A DNA stretch of 36,559 nt, from positions 1-36,559 of the IMG/VR virus record IMGVR_UViG_3300045988_045243; one strand, written 5' to 3'. Positions 8,806-18,376 of this stretch are shown here, one piece after another. The DNA comes from a virus. The notes below the pieces were generated by a model that saw only the letters and a program-made list of their open reading frames with translations, made no database searches and had not been told where the DNA came from. The position numbers were made by a program, and so were the translations under genes. Each line of letters opens with the position of its first letter. The stretch's first letter is position 1.

Positions 8806-8961
8806 ATGCAAACTGTAGTTAGAACATATCCAACACCAACAAGATACAATTGCGATCCAGATTGTTACAAGATTTTAGACAAATTATTGCGTGATGGCTG
8901 GAAAGTAATTATGTGCAACAAGATAGGGAACGATCTGGAATATATCTTAGAAAAGGATTAA
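8806..8961 (+). CDS. Small hypothetical protein (51 aa), absent from the ORF track
   Basis: ATG follows AGTGAGGTGA. Hand translation: MQTVVRTYPTPTRYNCDPDCYKILDKLLRDGWKVIMCNKIGNDLEYILEKD. Confidence 0.5.
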   Translation: MQTVVRTYPTPTRYNCDPDCYKILDKLLRDGWKVIMCNKIGNDLEYILEKD

Positions 8962-8995
8962 GTCAAAGAATTAGATAAATTTTAAGGTGGGAAGA

Positions 8996-9283
8996 ATGGA
9001 TGAAAAGAAAATTGTAGAAGCGTTAGAAACTCTCAGTAAAACAATTGTTGATTTAAAAATTATGGAAGACGAAACGAATGGTGTTTTATCTGCAAATGTT
9101 TCGCCTTATGAAACAGCAATCGAAGCACTGGAAAAGCAGTTGTCGAAGAAAGTAATAGATAGAAGTTTAGTGAAAGATAATGAAGTCGTTGTTGGATCTG
9201 TTGGCAGATGTCCTTGTTGTAATGAAATTATTGATGATACTACGACAGTTTGTGATTGCGGACAGAAACTTAATTGGGCATAA
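8996..9283 (+). CDS. Hypothetical protein with a C-terminal zinc ribbon
   Basis: ATG at 8996 follows AAGGTGGGA. C-terminal motif is CPCCNEIIDDTTTVCDCG. Confidence 0.6.
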   Translation: MDEKKIVEALETLSKTIVDLKIMEDETNGVLSANVSPYETAIEALEKQLSKKVIDRSLVKDNEVVVGSVGRCPCCNEIIDDTTTVCDCGQKLNWA

Positions 9284-9349
9284 TAAATTATTTGAGTTTC
9301 CTGTAAGTCTCTTTTGAGTGGACTCGTAGGAAACTTTGGAAGGTAAGAA

Positions 9350-9580
9350 ATGAAATTATTAGATAAGCTTGAAAAATATTTTATAAACGTCTGTATTATA
9401 AGTGGAATAATTGCTCTTATGGGGTTAATTATTTTAGGATTTGGGAACGAAAATGCATTTTATAAAATGCTTATTTTGTCAATGAGAAGTTTTTTAATCC
9501 TAATATCTTTATCTGTAATAAGAATTTTATTAGAGGTGTTATTTAAGAGAATGAAGGAGTGGAATAAATGGAAAAACTAA
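9350..9580 (+). CDS. Small membrane protein (two predicted TM helices)
   Basis: Hydrophobic segments CIISGIIALMGLIILGF and ILSMRSFLILISLSVIRILL. Confidence 0.55.
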   Translation: MKLLDKLEKYFINVCIISGIIALMGLIILGFGNENAFYKMLILSMRSFLILISLSVIRILLEVLFKRMKEWNKWKN

Positions 9581-9789
9581 AGAAATGTCCGTTTTGCGGT
9601 GGAGAAGCAAAAATAAAAATGGAAAGAAAAAATAATGTTGGTTGGACTATTTGGTGTGAATGCGAAAAATGTTATGCAAAAGCGGAAGGATATTGTCCTA
9701 GTATGCAAAATGCAGACAACGCACTAAAAAATATTAATACTTGCAAAATAAATGCAATCAAAGCATGGAATAGGAGAGTGGAAGAATGA
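9568..9789 (+). CDS. Lar-family restriction-alleviation-like protein
   Basis: LKKCPFCGGEA...WCECEKC...AIKAWNRR matches the CPFCG...C..C...AWNRR pattern of the Lar family as I recall it. Confidence 0.65.
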   Translation: MEKLKKCPFCGGEAKIKMERKNNVGWTIWCECEKCYAKAEGYCPSMQNADNALKNINTCKINAIKAWNRRVEE

Positions 9790-9968
9790 TTTTATTTTGT
9801 CCTGACTTAGTCGGAAAAGAAGAAGTAAAAGCAGTGATGATTGGTCATGGAGATTTTGTAAGACCAGTATTGAATCCGTGCATAAAAGAAAAATGCGTAG
9901 CTTACAGAGATGGATTTTGCAGAAAGTACCATCAGAATGTGGAGGTAGAAGAAAATGAAAATATATGA
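9786..9968 (+). CDS. Hypothetical protein
   Basis: ORF overlapping its neighbours by a few nt, consistent with translational coupling. Confidence 0.45.
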   Translation: MILFCPDLVGKEEVKAVMIGHGDFVRPVLNPCIKEKCVAYRDGFCRKYHQNVEVEENENI

Positions 9969-10269
9969 TCCAAATATTTATAAAGGAGTACATACAGTAA
10001 AAATAACATTGCAGAAGTGGGAATACAAAGGACACATTATCCGTCGTGTATGTGGAAACTGCAAAGGGAGAATTGTTTTAGATTTCGATTTTGAATGCGA
10101 AGATAATTTTCCTGATAACGATTGTCAACTGGAATACTATGAAGATCGAGATTATTTTTCTTGCGTTTTGAAGGGCAAAAACGGCAATACATTAGAGTGT
10201 AGCGGAGACGCAGAAGATATGAACGATATGATAGTTGGCGTTAAGATTATTGATTTTTGTGAGGAGTAA
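9955..10269 (+). CDS. Hypothetical Cys-rich acidic protein
   Basis: ORF with an upstream GGAGG. Confidence 0.55.
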   Translation: MKIYDPNIYKGVHTVKITLQKWEYKGHIIRRVCGNCKGRIVLDFDFECEDNFPDNDCQLEYYEDRDYFSCVLKGKNGNTLECSGDAEDMNDMIVGVKIIDFCEE

Positions 10270-10271
10270 TT

Positions 10272-10691
10272 ATGAATAGAGAAATCCTTTTTAAAGCAAA
10301 GAGAAAAAATAATGGTGAATGGGTGGAAGGGTATTATCTAAACATAGCAAAAATAAACCGTTTTATCTGCACTGGGAAAATAAAACTTGATGGAGCGGTA
10401 AAGGGCATTATAGCTCCTGAAATGTATGAAATCGACCCAGACACCATCTGCCAGTTCACAGGACTTACCGACAAGAACGGTAAGAAGATTTGGGAGAATG
10501 ATATTCTTAGAAGAGATGGATATTGGGATATAAGAATTGAATTTGAAAACGGTGCATTCATGGTTAGAAATGCCGACAAGGTGCAGTATATCAATCGTGT
10601 TGCATGCACACCTATTAGTACATTCGATATAAAAGCGTACGAAGTAATCGGCAACATTTTCGATAATGCAGATTTGTTGGAGGTGGAGTGA
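10272..10691 (+). CDS. YopX-family protein
   Basis: ILFKAKRKNNGEWVEGYY ... ICQFTGLTDKNGKKIWENDIL is the typical YopX signature. Confidence 0.75.
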   Translation: MNREILFKAKRKNNGEWVEGYYLNIAKINRFICTGKIKLDGAVKGIIAPEMYEIDPDTICQFTGLTDKNGKKIWENDILRRDGYWDIRIEFENGAFMVRNADKVQYINRVACTPISTFDIKAYEVIGNIFDNADLLEVE

Positions 10692-11293
10692 TGGTTGATT
10701 TAAAATTTCAGAAAAAACAATTTGTGAATCATATAGCAAAATTCACAGATTATGGAAACATCAAGATTGTAGATTTTAAACGTTCTGATAGCAATGAATA
10801 CAGAATCAGATTTCTTTTTGAAGAAGATTATTGCAGATTACATATATCTGGTGATTTAGGAGAATTGATTGCATCGAATTATAACAACATGACCTTCAAA
10901 GGATTTTCAGACTTTGTAAATAATGTGGGTTATTTCCGAGAAAAAATCGATTGTCATAATCGTGAAATATACACATATGATTCCGAAGATGCGAAAAAAG
11001 ACTTAAAGGAATTATTGGAAGAATGGGATATGATGGAAGAAATTCTTCAACATGATAGATTTGATTTTGAAACAGATGAAGATAAATTAGAAGAATTTTA
11101 TGAAGATGTACTAGAAGATTTTTCTGATGACACAGGAGTTGGTTCAAAAGGATATGATGCATTGTCAGAACATTTCTGTGATGCATGGGAATTCGCTGGA
11201 GATATCGGGAAAAGATCAACAGGAATTTTGGACGTGTATATGTTGGCTTTCCAATTAGCTACGGAACAGCTAAAAGAGAAAGGAGTTATTTAA
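10688..11293 (+). CDS. Hypothetical acidic protein
   Basis: ORF with RBS GGAGGTGGAG. Confidence 0.6.
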   Translation: MMVDLKFQKKQFVNHIAKFTDYGNIKIVDFKRSDSNEYRIRFLFEEDYCRLHISGDLGELIASNYNNMTFKGFSDFVNNVGYFREKIDCHNREIYTYDSEDAKKDLKELLEEWDMMEEILQHDRFDFETDEDKLEEFYEDVLEDFSDDTGVGSKGYDALSEHFCDAWEFAGDIGKRSTGILDVYMLAFQLATEQLKEKGVI

Positions 11294-11661
11294 TGAACGT
11301 ACTAGAGAAGATTTTGGGAGAGATTGAGGAACTGAAACGAAATCAAGATAGCAAGAACCAAGATTTTGTAACAGGGTATATAAGCGCATTATCTACGGTT
11401 GAAGGGGTTATTGCTGGATTAGACGAAGCTAAGGACATAAATGTCCCTAGCAATGACGGTTGGATTCCGGTAGAAGATGGATTGCCGGAAGAAAAGATGG
11501 AAGTATTATGTTGTTTTGAAAATGGAACAGTACAATCTTTGTGGCAAAATTGGAAAAATGATGGTCTTGGTGATTATTTTGATGATGATTTAATTCCAAC
11601 GGAGGTAATCGCATGGCAACCACTTCCAGAACCATACAAGGGTGGTGATGATCGTGCATAA
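11293..11661 (+). CDS. DUF551-like protein
   Basis: ATG at 11293 follows AAAGGAG. The segments GWIPVEDGLPEE...VIAWQPLPEPYKG resemble DUF551. Confidence 0.6.
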   Translation: MNVLEKILGEIEELKRNQDSKNQDFVTGYISALSTVEGVIAGLDEAKDINVPSNDGWIPVEDGLPEEKMEVLCCFENGTVQSLWQNWKNDGLGDYFDDDLIPTEVIAWQPLPEPYKGGDDRA

Positions 11662-11839
11662 AGAACGCAGAGACAGACACCTGCAGAAGCTGGATCGGGA
11701 GCAACACCATGAGGAGCTGGAAGGGTGCAAGGCATCTGACAAAGCAAGGGAGAGATTCCAGCGTCCGCCATATCAAGTCATGGACGTGGCGGCATATATG
11801 GCAAAGAAATATGACATAAAAAGGGAGATGAGAGAGTGA
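11642..11839 (+). CDS. Hypothetical basic protein
   Basis: ORF in the operon; the exact start is uncertain. Confidence 0.45.
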   Translation: MVMIVHKERRDRHLQKLDREQHHEELEGCKASDKARERFQRPPYQVMDVAAYMAKKYDIKREMRE

Positions 11840-12252
11840 AAGAGTTATTTAGCCGGTACAGACGTAACAGGCGTGAACTGGATCTGATAGCGGATCAGAT
11901 TGACCGCTTGAATGAACGACTTGAGGATGTGCCGGAGGTAGCAGGGAAAGTTACAAAGTCAAGCAAAGACTTTCCGTACATAGAAGAGCATATGACTGTG
12001 CGGATGAAAGAACCGAAGGAGGCTACTCTGATTAAGGATAAGCTCCGGAAGAAAGAAAAAAGACAGGCACAGCTTTTACAAGAGATTACAAAGGTAGAGA
12101 ACTTTATTGATAGTCTTCCAGAAGGAATTGAGAAGCAAATCATGGAGATGGTATACCTGGAGGGGATGAGTCAAACTGATGCAGCGGAGATGCTAGGGTA
12201 TACGCAGGCAAGGGTATCCCAGATTATAAGAAACACATTGAAAGATTTATAA
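11836..12252 (+). CDS. Sigma-70 region-4-like / DUF1492-type late transcriptional activator
   Basis: C-terminal HTH EGMSQTDAAEMLGYTQARVSQIIRN. It is the last gene before the packaging module. Confidence 0.65.
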   Translation: MKELFSRYRRNRRELDLIADQIDRLNERLEDVPEVAGKVTKSSKDFPYIEEHMTVRMKEPKEATLIKDKLRKKEKRQAQLLQEITKVENFIDSLPEGIEKQIMEMVYLEGMSQTDAAEMLGYTQARVSQIIRNTLKDL

Positions 12253-12339
12253 CATTTATAATTTAGATATGTTATAATTATTCTAGAAAAGCTAGAATTA
12301 TTTCTAGTCTTCCTTCAAAAATCATAAAATCTTAGAAAG

Positions 12340-12370
12340 TACACCTTGTAGAAATGCAGGGTGTATTTTT
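12340..12370 (+). terminator. Rho-independent terminator
   Basis: TACACCTTG-tagaaatg-CAGGGTGTA followed by TTTTT. Confidence 0.6.
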
Positions 12371-12437
12371 GTGCGAAGAATTTATAATAGAAATGTTTGG
12401 TGTTTTATTATACAATGAAAAGAAAAGGGGTGGAAAT

Positions 12438-13295
12438 ATGAAATTTAAAGTAAAATATAAGAGACAAAAATATAAAGTATCATTATGTGATAAAATAAAG
12501 ATAATAATTATAAAATTTATTTTAACCTTAAAGAGAATTACAAGAGGAGCAATACGATTAATTCCACATAACCTAACTCTTTATATATTTGTTACGATAT
12601 TTTGGATTGTTTTTGGTGTAATAACATATCGCAGTGGTATAGTTTATAAAGCTCCTGATAAATATACTATTTGGGATACTATCTGGGAATTAAAAAATTC
12701 ATATTTCACATCAGTTGTACTAACATTGCTAATAACAAGCTATAATCAAAATAAAGGGTATAGAGATAAATTAGAGAGACAACATAGTATCTATTATGAT
12801 ATAATAAGTGATTTTGATAAATTATTTGCTCCTTTTATAGGAGAGGAGATTCTACATTATATGCCCTTTTATAATGACAAATGTCTTTCGGATACGATGA
12901 ATTATATTATGAATAAAAAACTACTGGAACAGTTTGATGAAAGCAGATTAATTGAATCTATCAGCGATGTTTTAGAAAAAATCACATTATTAAAACACCT
13001 TGAAAGGCAAGGAGGTATTATAGAAAATCGCAATAGAGATTTACTGAAAGATATTATTAAAACAGAGAATGATTTGATGAAAGTAAAAGCTAATCCTAAA
13101 ACTATTATAGGAAAATTGAAGGATATTTCGAATGAATTGTTTCAAATTATTGAAGAGATAAGGAGACCTTGGCGGCGTGATAATAAGTATGATATAAAGA
13201 TACTTCAACTATTAAATAAAGAAAATGATGTAGAAGAAGATTTTTATTATAAAATGCATTTATTTGGTCATACTTTTGAGGATGATAATAAATAG
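12438..13295 (+). CDS. AT-rich moron: membrane protein with two or three N-terminal TM segments and a helical cytoplasmic domain; function unknown
   Basis: ATG at 12438 follows AAAGGGGTGGA. TM segments include LYIFVTIFWIVFGVITY and SVVLTLLITSY. Terminators flank it on both sides. Two 60-nt lines counted by hand gave 22-23% GC, against 55% in a line of the adjacent terminase gene. Confidence 0.7.
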   Translation: MKFKVKYKRQKYKVSLCDKIKIIIIKFILTLKRITRGAIRLIPHNLTLYIFVTIFWIVFGVITYRSGIVYKAPDKYTIWDTIWELKNSYFTSVVLTLLITSYNQNKGYRDKLERQHSIYYDIISDFDKLFAPFIGEEILHYMPFYNDKCLSDTMNYIMNKKLLEQFDESRLIESISDVLEKITLLKHLERQGGIIENRNRDLLKDIIKTENDLMKVKANPKTIIGKLKDISNELFQIIEEIRRPWRRDNKYDIKILQLLNKENDVEEDFYYKMHLFGHTFEDDNK

Positions 13296-13326
13296 AAAGT
13301 CTTTATGATAAAACGAGAAATAGATA

Positions 13327-13350
13327 AAAGCACCCCGCAGGGTGCTTTTC
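13327..13350 (+). terminator. Rho-independent terminator
   Basis: AAAGCACCC-cgca-GGGTGCTTT followed by TC. Confidence 0.7.
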
Positions 13351-13494
13351 TAATACAGAAAACAATCGTACAGCGTGCACAGCTCCAGCGGATCTACATT
13401 TCATCCTTACTCCTTAGTGGTCGCAATCGGCGGTCATAATGGAGCTGGCAGGACTGTATTTTTTATATAATTAACCGGAATTGAAGGTGGTGGT

Positions 13495-13962
13495 GTGGCG
13501 AATTATGAAAACATAAAAGATTATGGTTTTGATAAACGAACAGCGAAGGAACAGCGAGAGATTGCTGTTATGGGCGGTAAAGCAAGTGGAGAAGCGAGGC
13601 GCCGGAAAGCAGATTTCCGGAAGACGCTGAACATGCTTTTGACCGCTAAAATAGATAGTGAAGAATGGAAACCGGTTCTAGAGGCGCTTGGTGTTGAGTG
13701 CACTTTGGAATCGGCTATGTTAATGGCGCAAATTAAAGAGGCTATGGCAGGAAATACAAAGGCAGCTACATTCGTGGCTAAGTATTCCGGACAATCTGCT
13801 GAACCAGAGGAGAACAGACGAAACCGTGAAGCCGATACTGAGTTAAAACAGGCAAGAAAAAAGGCTGTCACAGGAGAAAATGAAACGGATGAAGCACTTG
13901 ACAAGCTTGATCAGATACTGAAGGAGATGTATGAGAATGCAGTTAAGCAAGAAGCAGAATGA
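13495..13962 (+). CDS. terS: Terminase small subunit
   Basis: GTG start after GAAGGTGGTGG. It sits directly upstream of, and overlaps, TerL. It has a GGKASGEARRRK basic region and AMAGNTKAATFVAKYSG. Confidence 0.65.
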   Translation: MANYENIKDYGFDKRTAKEQREIAVMGGKASGEARRRKADFRKTLNMLLTAKIDSEEWKPVLEALGVECTLESAMLMAQIKEAMAGNTKAATFVAKYSGQSAEPEENRRNREADTELKQARKKAVTGENETDEALDKLDQILKEMYENAVKQEAE

Positions 13963-15256
13963 GTACATTGTGAATGCAACCCACAGATGGAACATTAAGT
14001 CCGGTGCGGTTCGTTCGGGGAAGTCTTATGTGGATACTGCATTTGTAATTCCGTTTAGGATACGGGAAAGAGCTGGAAAGCCTGGGCTGAACGTTATACT
14101 TGGAGTATCAAAAAGCTCTATCGAACGAAATGTCTTGTCTCCAATGCGAGAAATCTACACGGATAAGCTGATTGGTACGATTAACAATCGGAACATTGCA
14201 AGGATATGTGGGGAGGATGTATATTGCCTTGGCGCTGAAAAAGTTAGCCAAGTAGCAAAAATACAGGGAGCATCCATCAAGTATTGTTATGGTGATGAGA
14301 TTGCGAAGTGGAACAAAGAAGTGTTCCAGATGTTGAAATCCCGTCTTGATAAACCGTACAGTTGCTTTGATGGAGCCTGCAATCCAGAGAACCCAACACA
14401 CTGGTTAAAAGAATTTCTGGATAATGTGGAACTGGATATATACCTTCAAAGATACACGATATTCGATAATCCATATCTTCCGGAAGAATTTGTTGAGCAG
14501 CTTTGCAAGGAATATGAAGGTACAATATATTATGACAGATTGATTCTGGGATTATGGAAACGTGCGGAAGGAGCAATCTATAAACGATTTGCAGATAATC
14601 CAGAATCATTCCGGTGTCAGATTGTAGATGAGCCCGCGCCGGATAAAGAGTATAAGCAGTTTCGAAAGGAAGATATTACTTCAATAGAGATTGGGCTTGA
14701 CTTCGGAGGAAATCAGTCCGGTCATTCTTTTGTCGCAAGAGGGTACACGGATGATTATCGGGACGTGATTGCCTTAAGATCAAAACGAATCATGGCAAAG
14801 GACGAAGATGAGGATATCGACAGTAATATGTTAGATGCAATGTTCTGTGAGTTTGTGCAGGAGGTAATAGATAAGTATGCAGTTGTCGTGAAACGTGGAG
14901 AATATGTGGAGTACTGCAATGTGGAAACGGTTTACTACGACAATGCGGAGACAGTTCTTGGTAATTCTATCAGGAACGCTGTAGAAAAGCAGTTTCCGTG
15001 GATCAGTGTGAGGAAGGCAAAGAAAGAGATTATCAATGACCGGATACGATGTACCGTCAAGCTCATGGGGGCAGGACGGTTTTTTATTACAGATGATTGC
15101 GGAAGCTTAAAAACAGCTTTATCGGATGCGGTGTGGAATAAAGAGATTATTGGAAAAGATGAGCGTCTTGATGATGGCAGCACAGATATCGATAGCTTGG
15201 ATGCATTTGAGTACACGATTGAGCGTGATATGAAATACCTAATAGAAGAGGTGTGA
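13931..15256 (+). CDS. terL: Terminase large subunit (PBSX/XtmB-like)
   Basis: Walker A GAVRSGKS and Walker B-like YCYGDE. A C-terminal nuclease half carries acidic residues. Size is typical. Confidence 0.85.
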   Translation: MRMQLSKKQNEYIVNATHRWNIKSGAVRSGKSYVDTAFVIPFRIRERAGKPGLNVILGVSKSSIERNVLSPMREIYTDKLIGTINNRNIARICGEDVYCLGAEKVSQVAKIQGASIKYCYGDEIAKWNKEVFQMLKSRLDKPYSCFDGACNPENPTHWLKEFLDNVELDIYLQRYTIFDNPYLPEEFVEQLCKEYEGTIYYDRLILGLWKRAEGAIYKRFADNPESFRCQIVDEPAPDKEYKQFRKEDITSIEIGLDFGGNQSGHSFVARGYTDDYRDVIALRSKRIMAKDEDEDIDSNMLDAMFCEFVQEVIDKYAVVVKRGEYVEYCNVETVYYDNAETVLGNSIRNAVEKQFPWISVRKAKKEIINDRIRCTVKLMGAGRFFITDDCGSLKTALSDAVWNKEIIGKDERLDDGSTDIDSLDAFEYTIERDMKYLIEEV

Positions 15257-15257
15257 G

Positions 15258-16607
15258 ATGGGATTATTTGAAAATATATGGAAAGGAATAAGGCGTATGT
15301 TTGGGTACACAACACTGAAAACAATCGTCGGGAAAGACGTAGCTCTATCTAGTAGGATGATAGATGCAATAAATGACTGGAAGAGTATGCTTACTGGGAA
15401 CGCTGAGTGGTTGACAGACTCGATACAGTCGTTACGGATTGAGCAAGGAATCTGCAGGGAGTTCGCAGATGTGGTTCTTTCGGAAATGGAAACATCTGTA
15501 AGCTCAGAAAAACTGGATAAAATTTATCAAAAATGCCTGACTGGATTGAATGAAAACCTGCAGGACGGTCTAGGACTTGGATCTTTTATCTTGAAACCGC
15601 TAGGTGGGGATAAGGCAGAATTTGTCACTGCTGATAAGTTTGTTCCGATTTCTTTCGGGGATGATGGGAAACCGACAGACATTGCATTTTTCACATTGAA
15701 AAGAGTTGGAGAAAATGATTATTTCACGAGGGTAGAAAGACATTATTTTGAAGGTGGAAATCTTGTTATTTCAAACAAATGTTATCATTCGCAAGATTCC
15801 TCGGATATCGGGCAGTTGTGTTCCCTGGAAGAAGTGGAAGAATGGAAGAACATTAACCCGGGTCCGGTTATGTTCCGTGGTATGCAGCAGATGGACTTTG
15901 GATATTATAGGAACCCGATTAAGAATAACATAGATGGCTCAGCGTGTGGCGTGTCTATCTTCGATGCTGCCAGAGAACGAATTAAGAAAGCAGATCTGCG
16001 AGGAAGTCAACTTGACTGGGAATATGAATCCGGTGAAAGAGCAATTCACGTAGCTACTAGGGCGCTCAAACATGATAAGGCTACTGGGCGCTTCGGCATG
16101 GCAAGGCTTAATAAGAGATTGTACAGGGGCTTAGAGTTAGACGCTGGCAAAGATCAAGAACTTCTGAAAGAGTATTCACCAGAACTCAGAGACGAAGCCT
16201 ATAAGCGTGGGCTTGAAGAGGTAAAGAGAGAGATAGAATTCATTGTAGGGCTTGCTTATGGAGATCTGTCTGATGTGCAGGAGGTATCGAAGACAGCAAC
16301 AGAGATCAAGGTATCGAAGCAGCGCAAGTACAACCGTGTTAATGCGATAGAAGAAAAGCTCGAAGAGTGCCTGAGAGACTTTGTGGCAGGCTTGGCGTTT
16401 TACAACAAAATGTACCGCTCTGGATACGAGCTTAGTTGTAAATTCAGTGACTCCATTTTGACCGATGAAGAGTCGGAACGTCAGCAGGATCGGCAGGATG
16501 TATCTATGGGCGTTATGAGCCACGCAGAGTACAGAGCCAAGTGGTACGGCGAGACATTGGAAGAGGCAGAAGAGAACCTGCCAGCACAAAGTCAGGTGAT
16601 GGAGTAG
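15258..16607 (+). CDS. Portal protein
   Basis: 449 aa, immediately after TerL and before the MuF-like head morphogenesis protein. Confidence 0.75.
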   Translation: MGLFENIWKGIRRMFGYTTLKTIVGKDVALSSRMIDAINDWKSMLTGNAEWLTDSIQSLRIEQGICREFADVVLSEMETSVSSEKLDKIYQKCLTGLNENLQDGLGLGSFILKPLGGDKAEFVTADKFVPISFGDDGKPTDIAFFTLKRVGENDYFTRVERHYFEGGNLVISNKCYHSQDSSDIGQLCSLEEVEEWKNINPGPVMFRGMQQMDFGYYRNPIKNNIDGSACGVSIFDAARERIKKADLRGSQLDWEYESGERAIHVATRALKHDKATGRFGMARLNKRLYRGLELDAGKDQELLKEYSPELRDEAYKRGLEEVKREIEFIVGLAYGDLSDVQEVSKTATEIKVSKQRKYNRVNAIEEKLEECLRDFVAGLAFYNKMYRSGYELSCKFSDSILTDEESERQQDRQDVSMGVMSHAEYRAKWYGETLEEAEENLPAQSQVME

Positions 16608-16608
16608 G

Positions 16609-18375
16609 ATGCGAAAAGAATACCAGGACAAGATGGTCGATAAAATGACTGCCAGGTTTACTGCTCTTGAGGGCAGGATTATGCAAGATATTGTCCGCAG
16701 GATTAATATGACAGGAAAAATCACAAGCACTGCAGACTGGCAGATTAACCGGCTTAAGGTATTAGGTTATCCTTCCGAGGATATCGAGGCGTCTCTGAAG
16801 GAGACGTTAAATGCCACATACCCGGAAATGTTTGAACTGTACGATAAGGTGATTAACTGGGAATACGTTAGGAATAAGGATGTATACGAACAGATTAACG
16901 CTGAGTATATACCTTATGAAGAGAATGAACAGTTGCGGCAGATTACGGAAGGCATTAAGAGGCAGACAAGGGATGAGTTGGACAATATTACGCAGTCACT
17001 AGGGTTTTATCTCGACTATGGAGATGGAAAGCGAATTCTAACACCTATTGCACAGGTGTATCAAGGTTTTCTTGATGCTGCATGTATAGACATCGTATCC
17101 GGCGCATTTGATTATAACTCGGTTCTTAGGAGAGTAGTTACGCAGTTGACCAATAGCGGACTGCGACAGATAGATTATGCATCTGGTAGAGCGAACCGGA
17201 TTGACGTAGCAGCACGAAGAGCGATTATGACAGGTATGTCTCAGATAACAGGGAAGATCACAGACTACAATGCTGAGAAGCTGGGCGCAGATCATTTCGA
17301 AGTTGCCTGGCATTCCGGAGCCAGACCAACCCACGCAGTGTGGCAGGGAAAGGTTTGGACGAGGGAACAGCTTGTTAATGTGTGTGGTCTTGGCAGCGCT
17401 ACAGGGTTGTTAGGTATTAACTGCTACCATGAATATTATCCATTCTTTCCGGGGATTTCCGAACGCAACTGGACGGATGAGTGGCTAGAAGAGCAGAACC
17501 GTAAGGAGAACACACCGAAGACCTTTAACGGCAAAGAATACACGCTGTATGAAGCAAAGCAACGTCAGAGGCAGATGGAAACTTGTATGAGGGCGCAGCG
17601 TGAAAAGGTAAAACTTCTGGAAGCTGGTGGCGCTGATCCGGATGATGTGATGCTTGCCAGGGCAAAATATCAAGGGCAGCTTGGGGAATATGTAAGGTTC
17701 TGCAAGAAGATGGGACTTACAGAAGAAAGAGAGCGCATCTATTATGATATGCGTGGAAGGATTGCACCGAGAAAATATATTGATATATCTGCACAACGTG
17801 ATATAATCAAAGAGAAAAAGGTACTCGAAAGCAAGACATATTCTTCAGCAATAAAAGCAGAAGAAAAGAAAATTTATAAAGACAATGTAGAAACGGCAGT
17901 GCTTTTTGACAGTCGAGGAAATGTATTATTCCACGAAAGCAGCGGAGCTTCAAATTATGTTAAGTTTTCAAAAGAACAGTTAAGTAGAATGAAAGGTGCT
18001 ACATTGACACATAACCATCCATCAAGTAGTACTTTTAGTCCTGCGGATGTATCCATTATGACAGAGCAAGGACTTAACGTAATTAGAGCAACAGGCACAT
18101 CAAAAACATATCAATTGAAAAAGTTGAATGGAGCAGAAGTGAACCATGACTTTTCAATTGATTACGAAAAAGCGATGAGTGACAATAAAAAAATAACAGA
18201 TAAGGACTTCCGTAAGTATGAGAAAGAACGCAAACAGGGGAAAATAAGTCCACTAGAGTATCAAGATAAAATCAACGCACTAAACAAGAAATGGAATGAT
18301 TTAAATAGTGATTGGCTCAAGAAGAATTCAAAAAAATATGGTTACAAATATGGCGTTATCGAAAGGGGAAAATAA
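16609..18375 (+). CDS. MuF / SPP1 gp7-like minor head protein with an extra C-terminal domain of about 190 aa
   Basis: The MuF core motif FEVAWHSGARPTHAVWQGKVW is present. The C-terminal third is AT-richer and contains THNHPSSSTFSPAD. Confidence 0.8.
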   Translation: MRKEYQDKMVDKMTARFTALEGRIMQDIVRRINMTGKITSTADWQINRLKVLGYPSEDIEASLKETLNATYPEMFELYDKVINWEYVRNKDVYEQINAEYIPYEENEQLRQITEGIKRQTRDELDNITQSLGFYLDYGDGKRILTPIAQVYQGFLDAACIDIVSGAFDYNSVLRRVVTQLTNSGLRQIDYASGRANRIDVAARRAIMTGMSQITGKITDYNAEKLGADHFEVAWHSGARPTHAVWQGKVWTREQLVNVCGLGSATGLLGINCYHEYYPFFPGISERNWTDEWLEEQNRKENTPKTFNGKEYTLYEAKQRQRQMETCMRAQREKVKLLEAGGADPDDVMLARAKYQGQLGEYVRFCKKMGLTEERERIYYDMRGRIAPRKYIDISAQRDIIKEKKVLESKTYSSAIKAEEKKIYKDNVETAVLFDSRGNVLFHESSGASNYVKFSKEQLSRMKGATLTHNHPSSSTFSPADVSIMTEQGLNVIRATGTSKTYQLKKLNGAEVNHDFSIDYEKAMSDNKKITDKDFRKYEKERKQGKISPLEYQDKINALNKKWNDLNSDWLKKNSKKYGYKYGVIERGK

Positions 18376-18376
18376 A

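Noticed and set aside
13351-13494. Possible pac site or small RNA upstream of terS (8-bp inverted repeat CAGCTCCA/TGGAGCTG at 13380..13387 and 13440..13447, followed by a T-run)
   Set aside because: The stem is short and the loop is 52 nt. There are no repeated motifs typical of TerS binding arrays, and it has no tRNA-like features. The evidence is insufficient.
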